This document shows positions 47,568 through 59,407 of a stretch of DNA of 64,000 bases, one piece after another. The notes below the pieces were generated by a model. It made no database searches and was not told where the DNA came from. It saw only the letters and a program-made list of their open reading frames with translations. How positions within the stretch are numbered: the stretch's first letter is position 1; each line of letters opens with the position of its first letter. The position numbers and the translations under genes were made by a program. The DNA is from Candidatus Bathyarchaeia archaeon (lineage in GTDB: Archaea > Thermoproteota > Bathyarchaeia > Bathyarchaeales > DTEX01), in contig JAWBXB010000003.1 of NCBI GenBank assembly GCA_038868075.1, positions 47,156 to 111,155 on the forward strand. Reading direction: 5' to 3'.

Positions 47568-49625
47568 TTGGAGGTGCCTGTTACGACAGAACTTATCGTT
47601 GAAAGACCCCTAGAAAAATTTAGTTCAATATTTAAGTCTCCTAAGTATCGTCAGAGAATAGCCCAAATGGTTTTAAACTCATTAACATCTTTAATACTCG
47701 ATTTTGAGGATCTTCTCATTGTTGATCCACGTTTAGCTGATGAATTACTTGAGAAGCCAAGCGAGTACTTATCCTACGCTAACAGCGCAGCCCTTGAACA
47801 ATTGCAGATAGAGGACCCTGAATATGCTGAGAAGATTAAGGAGATAGGTGTAACAGTTAGGGTACGTGGCATACCAAGAGTTACACCACTACGTAAGCTT
47901 GGCTCAGAGCATATTGGTAAACTTGTTATGGTTGAGGGCATAATAATGCGTGCAACAACTGTTAGACCAATAGTTACTGTTGCAGCGTTTAAGTGTAAAA
48001 GGTGTGATGCTAAAATGGAGGTTCCACAGAGCGGTGCATTCTTAACTCTCCCATTTAAATGCGCAAATCCACGTTGTAGCAAGAGTGGACCTTTCGAGTT
48101 TATTCAAGAAGAGTCTAAATTTATTGATTATCAGGAGCTCAGGATTCAGGAGTATCCCGAAGATATTCCGCCAGGTCAAACCCCACGCTCGCTTGACATT
48201 AGATTGTTTGGAAAGGATATTGTTGATACCGCTAGGCCTGGTGATAGGGTTTATGTTGTCGGCATAGTTGGCGCTGAGGCAACATCGTATCCTAGAACTG
48301 GCAAGACTAGGGCTTTCACACTTTATATAGATGCAAACTTTATTGATGCCGCTGGAAAGGAGTCTGAGTCTCTGCTTATAACGCCTGAAGAGGAGGAGCA
48401 GATTCTCCGATTAGCCAAAGACCCCTTCATACACCAGAAGATTATTCAGTCTATTGCTCCATCAATCTATGGTTATGAGCATATTAAGGAGGCAATAATG
48501 TATCTCCTATTTGGCGGCGTTCAGAAGAACCTACCAGACATAAATATTAGGGGTGAGATAAATATACTCCTCGTTGGAGACCCTGGAACCGCTAAATCCC
48601 AGATTCTACGCTACGTTCAGAGGATAGCGCCCAGAGGCTTATATACAAGCGGCAGGGGCACAACCGCGGCTGGCTTAACTGCCGCTGTTCTACCATCGCC
48701 AACTGGCGGAATGACTCTTGAGGCCGGAGCGCTTGTCTTGGCGGATAAAGGTATAGCATGCATAGATGAGATTGATAAGATGAGACCTGAAGACAGGGTT
48801 GCAATACATGAGGCTATGGAGCAACATACGATATCTGTTGCTAAGGGCGGAATCGTTGCCACATTAAATGCTAGAACAGCTATTTTAGCAGCCGCCAACC
48901 CGGCTCTTGGCAGATACGACCCGTATAGAACTGTTGCTGAGAACATTTCATTACCTGTAACGATATTATCCAGATTCGATTTAATCTTCGTCTTAAGAGA
49001 TGTTCCGGAAAAGGATTCTGATTCAAGGATGAGTGAACACCTGCTTAAACTACATATGAAGGAGGTTCCTCCAGTTGAGCCTCCGATCCCGCCAGATCTA
49101 CTCAGAAAGTATATTGCCTATGCCAGAAATAATGTTAAACCTGTTCTAACACAAGAAGCTATGGATCGCCTGAAAGAGTTCTATTTGACTATGCGCTCAG
49201 CCAGTGAGGGGGAGGGCTCACCTATAGCCATAACAGCCCGTCAACTTGAGGCTTTAGTTAGGCTTGCTGAAGCCAGAGCTCGTGCAGCGCTTAGAAACGT
49301 TGTCCTACCTGAGGATGCTGAGGCAGCTATAGCCATAATGAGGAGGTCCCTTGAGGAGGTTGGCATAGATGTATCTTCAAAGAAGTTTGATATCGACATT
49401 ATCATGGTCGGTAAGCCCAGAAGTGTACAGGATAAGTTACGCGTCATATTAAACACTATAGTTGAGATGGAAAAGGAGAGCGGTATGGTTAGTAGGGCTG
49501 ATTTACTCGAGAAGCTTAGTAGCGAATATGATATACCTAGAACTGAGGCTGAGAAGTTAATAGCCCAAATGATACGCGAAGGCACATTATATGAGCCTAG
49601 AAATGGATATTTAAAGAAGACTTAA
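47568..49625 (+). CDS. mcm: MCM replicative helicase
   Basis: Zn motif CKRCDAKM..CANPRC, Walker A GDPGTAKSQ, Walker B CIDEIDKM, arginine finger SRFDL. No intein. Confidence 0.93.
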   Translation: MEVPVTTELIVERPLEKFSSIFKSPKYRQRIAQMVLNSLTSLILDFEDLLIVDPRLADELLEKPSEYLSYANSAALEQLQIEDPEYAEKIKEIGVTVRVRGIPRVTPLRKLGSEHIGKLVMVEGIIMRATTVRPIVTVAAFKCKRCDAKMEVPQSGAFLTLPFKCANPRCSKSGPFEFIQEESKFIDYQELRIQEYPEDIPPGQTPRSLDIRLFGKDIVDTARPGDRVYVVGIVGAEATSYPRTGKTRAFTLYIDANFIDAAGKESESLLITPEEEEQILRLAKDPFIHQKIIQSIAPSIYGYEHIKEAIMYLLFGGVQKNLPDINIRGEINILLVGDPGTAKSQILRYVQRIAPRGLYTSGRGTTAAGLTAAVLPSPTGGMTLEAGALVLADKGIACIDEIDKMRPEDRVAIHEAMEQHTISVAKGGIVATLNARTAILAAANPALGRYDPYRTVAENISLPVTILSRFDLIFVLRDVPEKDSDSRMSEHLLKLHMKEVPPVEPPIPPDLLRKYIAYARNNVKPVLTQEAMDRLKEFYLTMRSASEGEGSPIAITARQLEALVRLAEARARAALRNVVLPEDAEAAIAIMRRSLEEVGIDVSSKKFDIDIIMVGKPRSVQDKLRVILNTIVEMEKESGMVSRADLLEKLSSEYDIPRTEAEKLIAQMIREGTLYEPRNGYLKKT

Positions 49626-49643
49626 TGGTGTAGGGTTCAGGTC

Positions 49644-51887
49644 TTGCTCATCGAAGAACTCAACATAAATCCGGAAGTAAAGAAGATTTTAATTGAAGAA
49701 GGTGTAAGGGCTTTATTCCCGCCACAAGCGGAGGCCATAAAATTTGGGGCACTTGAGGGACAAAATCTACTATTAGCTAGTCCAACGGCTTCTGGCAAGA
49801 CTTTAGTTGCAGAATTATGTGCTCTGAAACACATTCTTGAAAATGATGGTAAAGTTCTTTATTTAACTCCTCTGAAGGCTTTAGCCAATGAGAAGTATGA
49901 GGAGTTCAAGAAGTACACTGTTATACGTAAACCTAATGGTAGACCAATTAGCGTGGGTATAAGTACTGGTGATTATGATAGTAGTGATACTTGGCTTGGA
50001 AAATTCGATATTATAGTGACAACTAATGAGAAGTGCGATTCACTTCTAAGACATAGGGCACCATGGATAAATGAGATATCACTAGTGGTTGCAGATGAGG
50101 TTCATTTATTGAACGATATTGAGAGAGGACCAACTTTAGAGGTTGTTTTAGCGCGGCTCATGCAAATAAACCCGAAAATTCAGATACTGGCTCTGAGCGC
50201 AACAGTTAGAAATTCTGATGAGATTGCCGAGTGGCTCAATGCCTCAGCCATAACGACCGAGTGGAGACCAGTTAAGCTCAAAGAGGGAATACTGTTAAAC
50301 GATGAAATCCAATTTAAGGATGGAGACTCGGCCAAAATAAATAGGATTGTTAAAGACCCTGCAATAAACTTAGCATTGCACAGCGTTAAACAGGGTGGGC
50401 AAGCACTTATATTCGCGTCTTCAAGAAAGAACGCTGTTAGCCTGGCTAAGAAGGCAGCTCCTGAGATAAGTGAGCTATTATCTAAATCCCTTAAGCGCTC
50501 CCTCGAGAACCTAGCCGATGAAATCCAAGCATCGGGTGAGAGAACTAGGTTAAGTGATCTGTTAGCCGAGCTGGTTAAGTGTGGTGTTGCATTCCACCAT
50601 GCAGGGTTATCGGGCACTCATAGGAAGATTATCGAGGATTCATTTAGAAATGGCAAGATTAAGGTTTTAACAGCCACACCAACATTAGCTTTCGGAGTTA
50701 ATCTTCCAGCCAGAATGGTTATTATAAGCGATTATAGGCGATACGAACCGGGCTACGGCTATTATCCAATAACGGTTTTAGAGTATAAGCAGATGGTTGG
50801 AAGAGCTGGCCGCCCAAAATATGATGATGTTGGCGAATCCATTTTAATCGCTAGAACTGATGAAGAGCGTAACTATCTTATAACAAATTTTGTTCTGGCT
50901 AAGCCTGAGCGCATATGGTCTAAGCTCGGTGTTGAACGCGTCTTAAGAAGCCATGTTCTGGCAACTATAGCCTCAGAATTCGCCTATTCGGAGCAGGGTG
51001 TATATGATTTCTTCGCTAAAACACTATATGCCTATCAATATGATATCGGGGCGATTAAAGGAACAATAGCAAGAATACTAAAGTTCCTTTATGATGAGGG
51101 AATGATAAAATATGAGGGTAATTTCATTAGGGCTACAGAGTTCGGTGCAAGAGTATCTCAGCTATATATTGACCCAGTCTCAGCCATAATGATTCGTGAT
51201 GCATTCAAAAGAAGGGCTCCAAGAATAACAAACATTAGTTTTCTCCATATGATAGCGCGCACCCCAGATATGGCGCCTAAGGTTAGACCCACGTCAAGCG
51301 AGATTGACGGAATAACGCTTTTTGTTGACGAGCATAGGGATGAATTCCTATTTGATGTCCCAGACGAGTGGACTGATAGAATAGATTTTGAAGAGTTTCT
51401 AAGCGAGGTTAAAACAGCCTTAGTCCTAAACGCTTGGATAGAAGAATTTTCTGAGGATGATATAATCGAGCATTTTGGGGTTGAACCTGGAGATCTATAT
51501 CATTTAACTGAGACAGCTAGGTGGCTTATATATTCATCATACGAGTTGGCGAAACTCCTTGGGCATAAAGATTTACTTGCAAAATTATTTGAGCTAATGG
51601 AGAGAGTTGAGAAGGGAGTTAAAGCCGAGCTAATACCATTGGCTAGGCTTGAGGGAATAGGACGAGTAAGAGCGCGCATACTGTATAATGCCGGATTAAG
51701 AACTCTAGAAGACTTAAGAAGGGTTCTAGTGGACAAACTCATGGAGCTGCCATTAATAGGTCCAAAGATAGCGAAAAGGATAAAGGAACAGGTTGGGGGA
51801 ACTCTCAGCCAAGAAGAATGGAAGAAACTGACTGAGGCAACAGGGGAGCAGGAGCAACAACCATTAACAGAATATTATAAATCGTAA
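49644..51887 (+). CDS. hel308: Hel308/Hjm Ski2-like DNA helicase
   Basis: PTASGKT, DEVH, SAT and the HHAGL...VNLPA motifs, with a C-terminal HhH domain. Confidence 0.9.
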   Translation: MLIEELNINPEVKKILIEEGVRALFPPQAEAIKFGALEGQNLLLASPTASGKTLVAELCALKHILENDGKVLYLTPLKALANEKYEEFKKYTVIRKPNGRPISVGISTGDYDSSDTWLGKFDIIVTTNEKCDSLLRHRAPWINEISLVVADEVHLLNDIERGPTLEVVLARLMQINPKIQILALSATVRNSDEIAEWLNASAITTEWRPVKLKEGILLNDEIQFKDGDSAKINRIVKDPAINLALHSVKQGGQALIFASSRKNAVSLAKKAAPEISELLSKSLKRSLENLADEIQASGERTRLSDLLAELVKCGVAFHHAGLSGTHRKIIEDSFRNGKIKVLTATPTLAFGVNLPARMVIISDYRRYEPGYGYYPITVLEYKQMVGRAGRPKYDDVGESILIARTDEERNYLITNFVLAKPERIWSKLGVERVLRSHVLATIASEFAYSEQGVYDFFAKTLYAYQYDIGAIKGTIARILKFLYDEGMIKYEGNFIRATEFGARVSQLYIDPVSAIMIRDAFKRRAPRITNISFLHMIARTPDMAPKVRPTSSEIDGITLFVDEHRDEFLFDVPDEWTDRIDFEEFLSEVKTALVLNAWIEEFSEDDIIEHFGVEPGDLYHLTETARWLIYSSYELAKLLGHKDLLAKLFELMERVEKGVKAELIPLARLEGIGRVRARILYNAGLRTLEDLRRVLVDKLMELPLIGPKIAKRIKEQVGGTLSQEEWKKLTEATGEQEQQPLTEYYKS

Positions 51888-52004
51888 TGATGCTGAAAAG
51901 CATAATTGGGATCACTATAAAAATTTACCTTTTTCCCCTAAAAGTTATCTTTCTAGGTAATGTACTTTTTTAATTTAGTGAAGATTTGGGTGAAGTGATG
52001 TGTT

Positions 52005-53001
52005 TTGGAGACTCTTCTTTTAAGCGATGACGAAATTAAAGAACTTATTTCAATTAGCAATATCAGGGACGTTGTTGAATTAGCTTTCAGGGAGAAGGGT
52101 CTTGGTAGAGTTCAGATGCCACCTAAAAATTACCTATTTCTTTAGCAAGTATAATGGTGATTTAAGGGCAATGCCCTCTTATCTCGAGGAGATGGATGTA
52201 GCAGCAGTTAAGGTTGTAAACGTTCACCCGGATAATAAAGAGAAATATGGTCTACCAACAGTTATGGCCGTGATAATTCTCTAGACCCCAAAAGCGGCTT
52301 TCCAATAGCAATTATGAGTGGGACAACAATAACTAACATGCGTACTGGCGCAGCTGGCGGCATAGCTGCAAAGTACCTCGCGAGAAAGAACTCAAGAGTT
52401 GTTGGGTTAGTTGGCGCCGGGGCTCAGGCAAGAACTCAATTAATGGCGCTTCTAGAAGTATTTGGTTCTTTCGAAGATGTTAGGGTTTGGAGTAGAAGTG
52501 AGAAAACAAGAATAGAATTTAGGGGATGAGATTATGGCGAAATATAGGCATTTATGCAAGATAACACTTGTTGAGAGAATTGATGATGCTGTGAGGGGAG
52601 CTGACATAGTTGTAACCACAACGCCATCTAAGGTTCCACTTGTCATGGATGAGTGGATTCAGCCCGGAACACACATCAATTGTATAGGTGCTGATGCTCC
52701 TGGAAAGGAGGAGCTTGATCCCATGATACTTAAGAGGGCTAAGATTGTTGCTGATGATTGGGAGCAGGCATCACATGGTGGGGAAATAAACGTGCCCTTG
52801 AGCAAATGGATAATTTCCAAGGATAATATTTGGGCTGAGATGGGCGAAATAGTTGCTGGAATAAAGCCTGGAAGAATTAGCAGTGATGAAATAACAGTTT
52901 TTGTTTCAACGGGGCTGGCAATACAGGATGCTGTCACAGCTAACCTGGCATATCGAATGGCTTTAGAGAGAGGAGTTGGCAAAAGAATTAGAATAGTGTA
53001 A
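52005..53001 (+). pseudogene. ornithine cyclodeaminase/mu-crystallin-family (archaeal alanine dehydrogenase-like) gene with three frameshifts
   Basis: Four collinear pieces in different frames: ETLLLSDDEIKELIS...[10 protein letters not shown], then [32 protein letters not shown], then [44 protein letters not shown], then AKY...VVTTTPS..INCIGADAPGKEELD... Confidence 0.8.
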
Positions 53002-53213
53002 AATGAAGGAAACACTTTTAAGGACATGAGGAGATTCGGCAATTTAGATCTAAATAACTTCGAAAGATTATTTTAGACTATTCCGAAAGACTTTCAGAAT
53101 CTTTTAAGTTAAAAGCTCTTCCATTTATTTGCTGGAAAAAATTAAAGGATAAATATCTGTTTTTGGATCTTTAATAATTCTGAACTTACAAAGCATAGGC
53201 GGAGGGTTAATGT

Positions 53214-53486
53214 GTGTCCTTCGATCTTAAAGGTGTCATAGTCAATTATAGACTAGGACCTAGAACACAAAAATCTAAAGAGTGCCTAATACAGTTTCCG
53301 AATGTGAAGTCTAGGAGCGAGGCGGGGCAGCTTATTGGGCGTAAGGTTGCATGGTCTGATGGAAAAAATAATACAATAGTTGGGGTTATAATTGCGCCTC
53401 ATGGAAAGAAGGGTGTAGTTAGGGCAAGATTTAGGAGAGGGTTACCTGGGCAGGCTTTGGGAACAGAAGTGAGAATTATTGGCTAA
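53214..53486 (+). CDS. rpl35ae: 50S ribosomal protein L35Ae (eL33)
   Basis: GVIVNYRLGPRTQKSKECLIQF...GKKGVVRARFRRGLPGQALG. Confidence 0.9.
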   Translation: MSFDLKGVIVNYRLGPRTQKSKECLIQFPNVKSRSEAGQLIGRKVAWSDGKNNTIVGVIIAPHGKKGVVRARFRRGLPGQALGTEVRIIG

Positions 53487-53521
53487 ATATGCTAAAATTT
53501 TCAGCCATGAGTAATTTTGAT

Positions 53522-54130
53522 CTAGGTTAAGTTGGTGCAGAGTGTTCTTATTATTCCTCTCGCCAATAATCTCGCTATTCTGAGCGGTTCAGGCACTGCG
53601 CCATGTAATGTGAATTTATTGAGTATCCCCTTCGCTTCCTCTAGGCTCATACCGTAAAATCTAATGTATACTTTATGCCCTGTATGAAGATTCACAGTAG
53701 TTCTCGGACCATTTTTATGATAGATTTCTATGCGCTTTTCACAATCCTCTGGAAATAATTCTAGGAAATATTTATCTAAACCCTCAGATTCCTCGTATGT
53801 CACGCATATAAGCGGCAGATTTGTCTCCTCATACACTCTCTGGAGGTCAACTACATTATACCAGCTTATAACGCAGCCATTAAGCATTAAAACATTTATA
53901 TCGTCTCTCTTTAGGTCTTTGTACATATCTATAATTTTCTCGGTTGCATCCATACCGCCAACGGATACTCTGGAAAATATGAAGCCATCTAGTATGCCGT
54001 CGCTCCTTAAGACCACACCGGCTAAAACTGATTTTCCACTTAAACCCTTAATGAAACTCTCAGATATCCCTAATGCTCGGAAAGCCTTTTTGTGAACATG
54101 CAGACGCAAATCATGCACCCATACTAGCAA
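53522..54130 (-). CDS. DUF99/UPF0215 family protein (endonuclease V-like fold)
   Basis: RALGISESF...LAGVVLRSDGILDGF...VGGMDATEKI, typical of archaeal DUF99. Exact start uncertain (TTG 54130, GTG 54118 or TTG 54109). Confidence 0.6.
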   Translation of the reverse strand: MLVWVHDLRLHVHKKAFRALGISESFIKGLSGKSVLAGVVLRSDGILDGFIFSRVSVGGMDATEKIIDMYKDLKRDDINVLMLNGCVISWYNVVDLQRVYEETNLPLICVTYEESEGLDKYFLELFPEDCEKRIEIYHKNGPRTTVNLHTGHKVYIRFYGMSLEEAKGILNKFTLHGAVPEPLRIARLLARGIIRTLCTNLT

Positions 54131-54146
54131 GTTTATCTAGTCCGGG

Positions 54147-54863
54147 TTATTCAAGCGTAAAGTAAACGCGCTTATTTAATTTACCTTTACTCTCAAGCTT
54201 CAGCAACCTTATTTGACCAACCTCTCTAAGGTTTCTGACATGTGTTCCACCATCAGCCTGCTTATCAACGCCAACAATTTCAACAATGCGCAGTGATGGG
54301 ATATTTGGTGGAAAAGCCTCAGCCATCTTAACTATGCCCGGAATCTTTAAGGCTTCTTCCCTTGGAAGCTCATACCATATTACAGGAATATCCTTCTTGA
54401 AGAGCTCATTGGCTTTCTCCACATACTTCATTATTAAATCCCTATCTAGACGTTCCAGGCTAAAGTCAAATCGAATTTTATCCTCTTCAATCTGATTTCC
54501 AGTCACAAGGGCTCCGGTTTCGCTGCATATTAATGATGCGAATACATGTGCCGCTGTATGACTACGCATAAATTTATAGCGCCTTTCCCAGTCAATGATA
54601 CAATGAACTCTATCGCCAACCTTCAAACCTTCCCTATCAACTTCATGTGATATATCTTCACCGAACTTACCGACATAAATAACGTTAAAGACTTCGTCTC
54701 CACGTATTATCTTTCCAGTATCCCAGGGTTGCCCTCCACTTTTAGGGTAGAAAACTGTTTGATCCAAGACTACATATCTGCCATCAGTAACTTTAATAAC
54801 GGTCGCATCACACTCCCTAAGATAACTATCCTCCAGATATAGAGCTCTCGTCAAAACCGCCAC
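54147..54863 (-). CDS. alaX: alanyl-tRNA editing protein AlaX
   Basis: HTAAHVFAS (HxxxH) and the DGGTHV zinc/editing motifs, 238 aa. Confidence 0.85.
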   Translation of the reverse strand: MAVLTRALYLEDSYLRECDATVIKVTDGRYVVLDQTVFYPKSGGQPWDTGKIIRGDEVFNVIYVGKFGEDISHEVDREGLKVGDRVHCIIDWERRYKFMRSHTAAHVFASLICSETGALVTGNQIEEDKIRFDFSLERLDRDLIMKYVEKANELFKKDIPVIWYELPREEALKIPGIVKMAEAFPPNIPSLRIVEIVGVDKQADGGTHVRNLREVGQIRLLKLESKGKLNKRVYFTLE

Positions 54864-55058
54864 CCCGAAAAAATATGATCTTTAAACATGGATTTATGCC
54901 TTTTTAATCAATAATCTAGTATCCTAATCTTATAGCAATGTATTATATTTAAGAGGGAAGATTATAGAAGCACGGTTTTAGCGTAAATAGGCCGAAAATT
55001 TTATAGTATCTAAGCTCCAACTATTTTATAGTTTTATAGTTTGTTGGGGTGAGATTCT

Positions 55059-58000
55059 GTGAAATTTAGGCTAAAAAATGTCAAGCGTCCATTTATCTCC
55101 TTTTTAATGCTTTTAATAATTTTTCCTCTTACGCAAAATGCTCCTCTTCCAACCATAAGTGAGACTACGAGTTTAATTGAGAACACCCCCCACTCCTCAG
55201 GTGCTTTATGTGGGAACTAGCAATCCAGCCACGGTATATAAATATACACGTGAAACAGGATGGGAGGCTATGATTCCAGCAATAAGATCAGGAAATATAA
55301 GTCTTGAGAGCCCGCATCCGTATCCAAATAATTATGATAATATATGGGAAATATATTACCCAAATGCGGCCATGATACGAGTACACTTCGCATATATTCG
55401 CACAGAGAGCTCATATGATTACGTTTATGTGAGAAGTAGTGATGGAACCATTGTTAATATATACTCCGGGCAGTATGAAAATGTTTGGAGTAATTGGATA
55501 TCGGGAAACATCATTTTCATACAATTAATATCAGATTATAGCATAACCTACGAGGGATTTTCAATAGATAAGCTAGAATGGACTTCTTCAAGTTTAAGTA
55601 TTACACAAGAGTTTGCCGTTCTCTCTTTAGTCGAGTACAATGGCCACCTATATGCAGGCACCATGTCAAGCTCTAACCCCGGAGAGGGAAAAGGGCGCGT
55701 ATATAGATATGATGGTGTTAACGTCAAGGGCGAACATGTGTGGACTATAGTTGGCGACAACATGGATAACCAAGTTTCTTCGCTGGTAGTGTTTAAGGGC
55801 AAACTGTACGCTGGAACAGCATGGGGTTCGGGAAAACTCTATCGATATGATGGAGAAAATAATTGGACGGTTGTAATCGATTATCCCGATTGGGATGGCA
55901 TAAGAAGCGCGTATATGTGGAATGATTTTCTATATCTTGGGGATATCGCCTACGATAAAATCGGCCGTTATGACGGAATAACATTTGAACCTCTCGTCCA
56001 TTTAGGAGGAAGCTGCATTTATGACTTTGAGATCTATAGGGATAACTTATATGCCGCAGCTTATAGGGGTAGACTTTATAGGTCAGCAGATGGAAACTTG
56101 TGGAGTCTAGTAGTCGGTCCTCAAGACTTCCATATGTGGGAGATTGAGACTTTTCAGGGTTACTTATATATGGGTATGGATTCAGGGCAGATTCAGAGAT
56201 TTAACGGGGATGTAAATGAGGTTATTTGGACGGCGCCAGATAGTGTCATATCAATGGTTGTTTATGAAAATCTGTTATATTTTGGAACCGGGGGGAAGCT
56301 GGCTACCTTGGAAGAACAACTGGTGAGGGGAGGGTTTATCAGTATGATGGAACCTATGTTCAAGCAATTTCTGATATTTTAGGCCAAGGAATTCAAGTTT
56401 TATATGTACCTAGAACATACACTCTTCATGTTCAAAGTTACCCCGTTACTGGAATTGGGATCTCTTATTCTGGAGACTATTCTGGATCTGAAAACACAAA
56501 CTTTGATATTGCAAAAGATTCTCCCTTCACAATAACGCTGACGGCTCCATTAACCTACCAAGACTATATATTTGACCACTGGGAACTCGACGGCACCCCA
56601 GTCGATGGTGACAATTCATTATTTGTTGAGGTTAGCCCTAATAAGCAGAATAGAGTTGCAATTGCATTTTATGTGAGAGGTTCATCAAATATAAATGTTT
56701 ATTCGGAATATTCTGGCTATTTCTTTACTGGCTTTAGCGTTAATAACACTTTCTACGTTGACACCTTTTACGAGGATTCTATTCCCATAAGCGTTACTGG
56801 AACATTAGCTGGTGAGACGCTAGTTTTCAATTATAATAATACAGTTGGAATGTGGACGGCATCTTACGATATGGGCCAATTAAAATCTGGCAAAAATATT
56901 TTAATGGTTACAACCCTTTACCAAAATGGAGAGATCTTCGCTAAAAGCTACAGTATAAATGTTCTTCAAGCACCTAAGATTTTATTAGAAATTATTCGTT
57001 CAGGGGGTATTAATGTTGATGTATCTCTTGGCTCAGCCAGCGTCTTAATAACATTTATTGCAGAAAGAACTGGATATTGGAATAATAGCTATCTACTAAT
57101 AATAGATTTAGATGTATCAATAAATTTGGTTCGTGCACAAGTAGATGTACCCTATATTAAAGGAGAGTACGCATCGCCTCCCTTAGAGTTTAACCTTGAA
57201 TTTACTTTATCATCTTCAGGCAAGTTTTCTGTTAGTGGAGAATTAAGTGTGGAGAAGGAGGCTACGTTAGTCTCCGTGCCCATTTTTATCCAAATGTCAG
57301 CTAATGCTCAAGGAACATTTAACGTTGATTTTTATGAGTATACCATTGAACTTGAAAATATAGCGGTCTCTATATCTCTTTCAGCTACCGGATCATATAC
57401 TTTACCAACTCCTTTAGGAATATCCATTCAGATCGGACCTTACAATATAAACATAGGCGTCACCGTGGAGTTTGTAGCATCAGTAAGTGGTAAAGTGAAC
57501 ATCGTTTTTGTATCTACAGATGATAGGTCAAAATACTTCCTTAGAGTGTTACCAGTAGCTCCCGAGGAATTAGAAGGTTTTGTTGGATTGCCATTTATTC
57601 TAACCGGGCAGATTGGTGGGGGTGCTCAGCATGGTGGACGTGTGGGTGTCTGGGGATGGTTACAAGGAGCATGTGGTTTCGGCACCTTCCTACAGTTAAG
57701 TTCCCATCCCTTAAAGGGATACGCGTTAGCTGGAGCAGTAAGGGCAGGCATAACAGTAAACCTTGTCGCTAAGAGGTGGAGCAGTGTTATAAATCTATGG
57801 AGTGGAAGTCATATTAATGGCGACGTATCAGGCGAAGACCTTGAAAACTTAAAAGGCAGTATAAACGATGTCGCTACACTCTACGATTATCCACCGCTCG
57901 GTTTCGATTGGATTAATGATTCATGGACTGGCATAGTTGGTGAGAATTTACCTAACGGATATAGTTATACGTCCATAGAGTATGAAAACAAAACATACAT

Positions 58001-59288
58001 TTATTACACTTATGAGCGGCTAGATGGATCGGCATGGATAGACGGTCTCATCTTTAGCAAGTTAAATGCGTCTCCAGCACCGCTTCCAAAATTTAGTGGA
58101 GCAGGGGTTGCTTCACCATTTTTGTTTAAACTGACAAATGGGACACCAATAATGTTTTGGGCAACAGCCCCTACCCTAGGAGATCTAAGCAACTTAACAA
58201 TTATACTTCAGTCGTCACAAATGCAAAATGGTGTTTGGACCAATCCAGTTAATGTGACAAATGAGGGAATAGTATGGGCATATACTAGTGACGGAAAACA
58301 CATATATGTTATCTGGTCTCCCAATCTTGCCAGCAATCTATATAGTAACACGATTTTAAAAGTTTTTGGAATAAACGGAAGTCTTCTGTGGGAAAAAGCG
58401 CTGCCTAATGCTACAGCGCTTAAAGGTGCTGTAAATGGCAAGGTTATTGTTGGCTTCCTCAATGGTACATACTCTATAGTAAGTGCAGAGGAAGCAATAA
58501 ATATAGGACCAGTTACTGAAGCAGGAATAATCCCGGAAACAGACCTGATGTATATTTACGCTGAGGGAATCCTCAGAATTTTCAATCAGACAAAAAGTAT
58601 CGAGATAAAACTTGATAAAACATATGCGTGGCCTATAGTTGCCTACAAAAAGGTTGCCATAGTTACTTATACCCCGGAAAAATTAGAATTATATATTTGG
58701 AACGATTCAACCAGTATTAAATTAAGGGAGTATAGAATATCCAATGTAACTGCTATTAGCGCATCCTCTGCAAAGGGAGTCCTATATTTATACCCATATT
58801 CATTCAAAGATGAGAGTATGGGAACAATGTGGTGTTTGATAGTCCCACTCGTTGCGCCGAAGCCCCTAGTGTATATTGACGTCCATGAAGATAAGGCGAC
58901 AATAAGATGGGAGATTAGAGATCCAGAGCAATATAATATCACTAGTATCGAGCTCGCAGTCTACCATGATATTGACTTAATATCAACGAAGGAAGTTGGC
59001 TCCATGGGTACAGAAGTAATAAATCTGAACCAAACAGGAACATACACCTTCAAGGTTAGAGTTAAAACCTTACTAGGCGAAGAGATAGTGCAGAAAACAA
59101 TTGAAATAAGCCAAAATTGGCTAATGCTTCATTTACTAATCATTTGCATCGTCATATCTATAGTAACAGTATTAGCAATAATTTTTTATCAAAAACATAA
59201 GGTACCAAAGCTTCCATCTCTACCCCCACCTCCACCCCCTCAGCTCATAATTACATACATACTCTCTTCGTCGCATCTCTACACTTAG
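55059..59288 (+). CDS. giant (~1400 aa) C-terminally anchored surface protein: signal peptide, CUB-like domain, 6-bladed propeller-like repeats, Ig-like region, TM anchor; read through two homopolymer frameshifts
   Basis: GTG 55059 encodes VKFRLKNVKRPFISFLMLLIIFPL (frame 0) up to the C6 run 55186-55191. Frame 1 carries ESPHPYPNNYDNIWEI... (CUB-like) and repeats LYAGT..G(K/R)(V/L)YRYDG. At the G6 run 56290-56295 the reading returns to frame 0 (GEGRVYQYDGTYV..., open from 56244 through the track ORF 56673..59288). The C-terminus has WLMLHLLIICIVISIVTVLAIIF plus a poly-Pro tail. Confidence 0.65.
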
Positions 59289-59407
59289 TGTAGAGAAAGA
59301 GTACGTTAGATGTTAGATTCCGTCTCTTCCAATTGTTTTTCACGAGAAATATGTAGTCTTGGCGAAAGTTAATATTGCCCAAGGGTTAAACGTGGATTTA
59401 TGTTTTA

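Noticed and set aside
51885-51900. aATGATGcTGA resembling C and D boxes of a C/D sRNA; also GTGATGtagcCTGA at 17126-17139
   Set aside because: The C-like and D-like boxes are adjacent with no guide spacing, and there is no second C'/D' pair or terminal stem.
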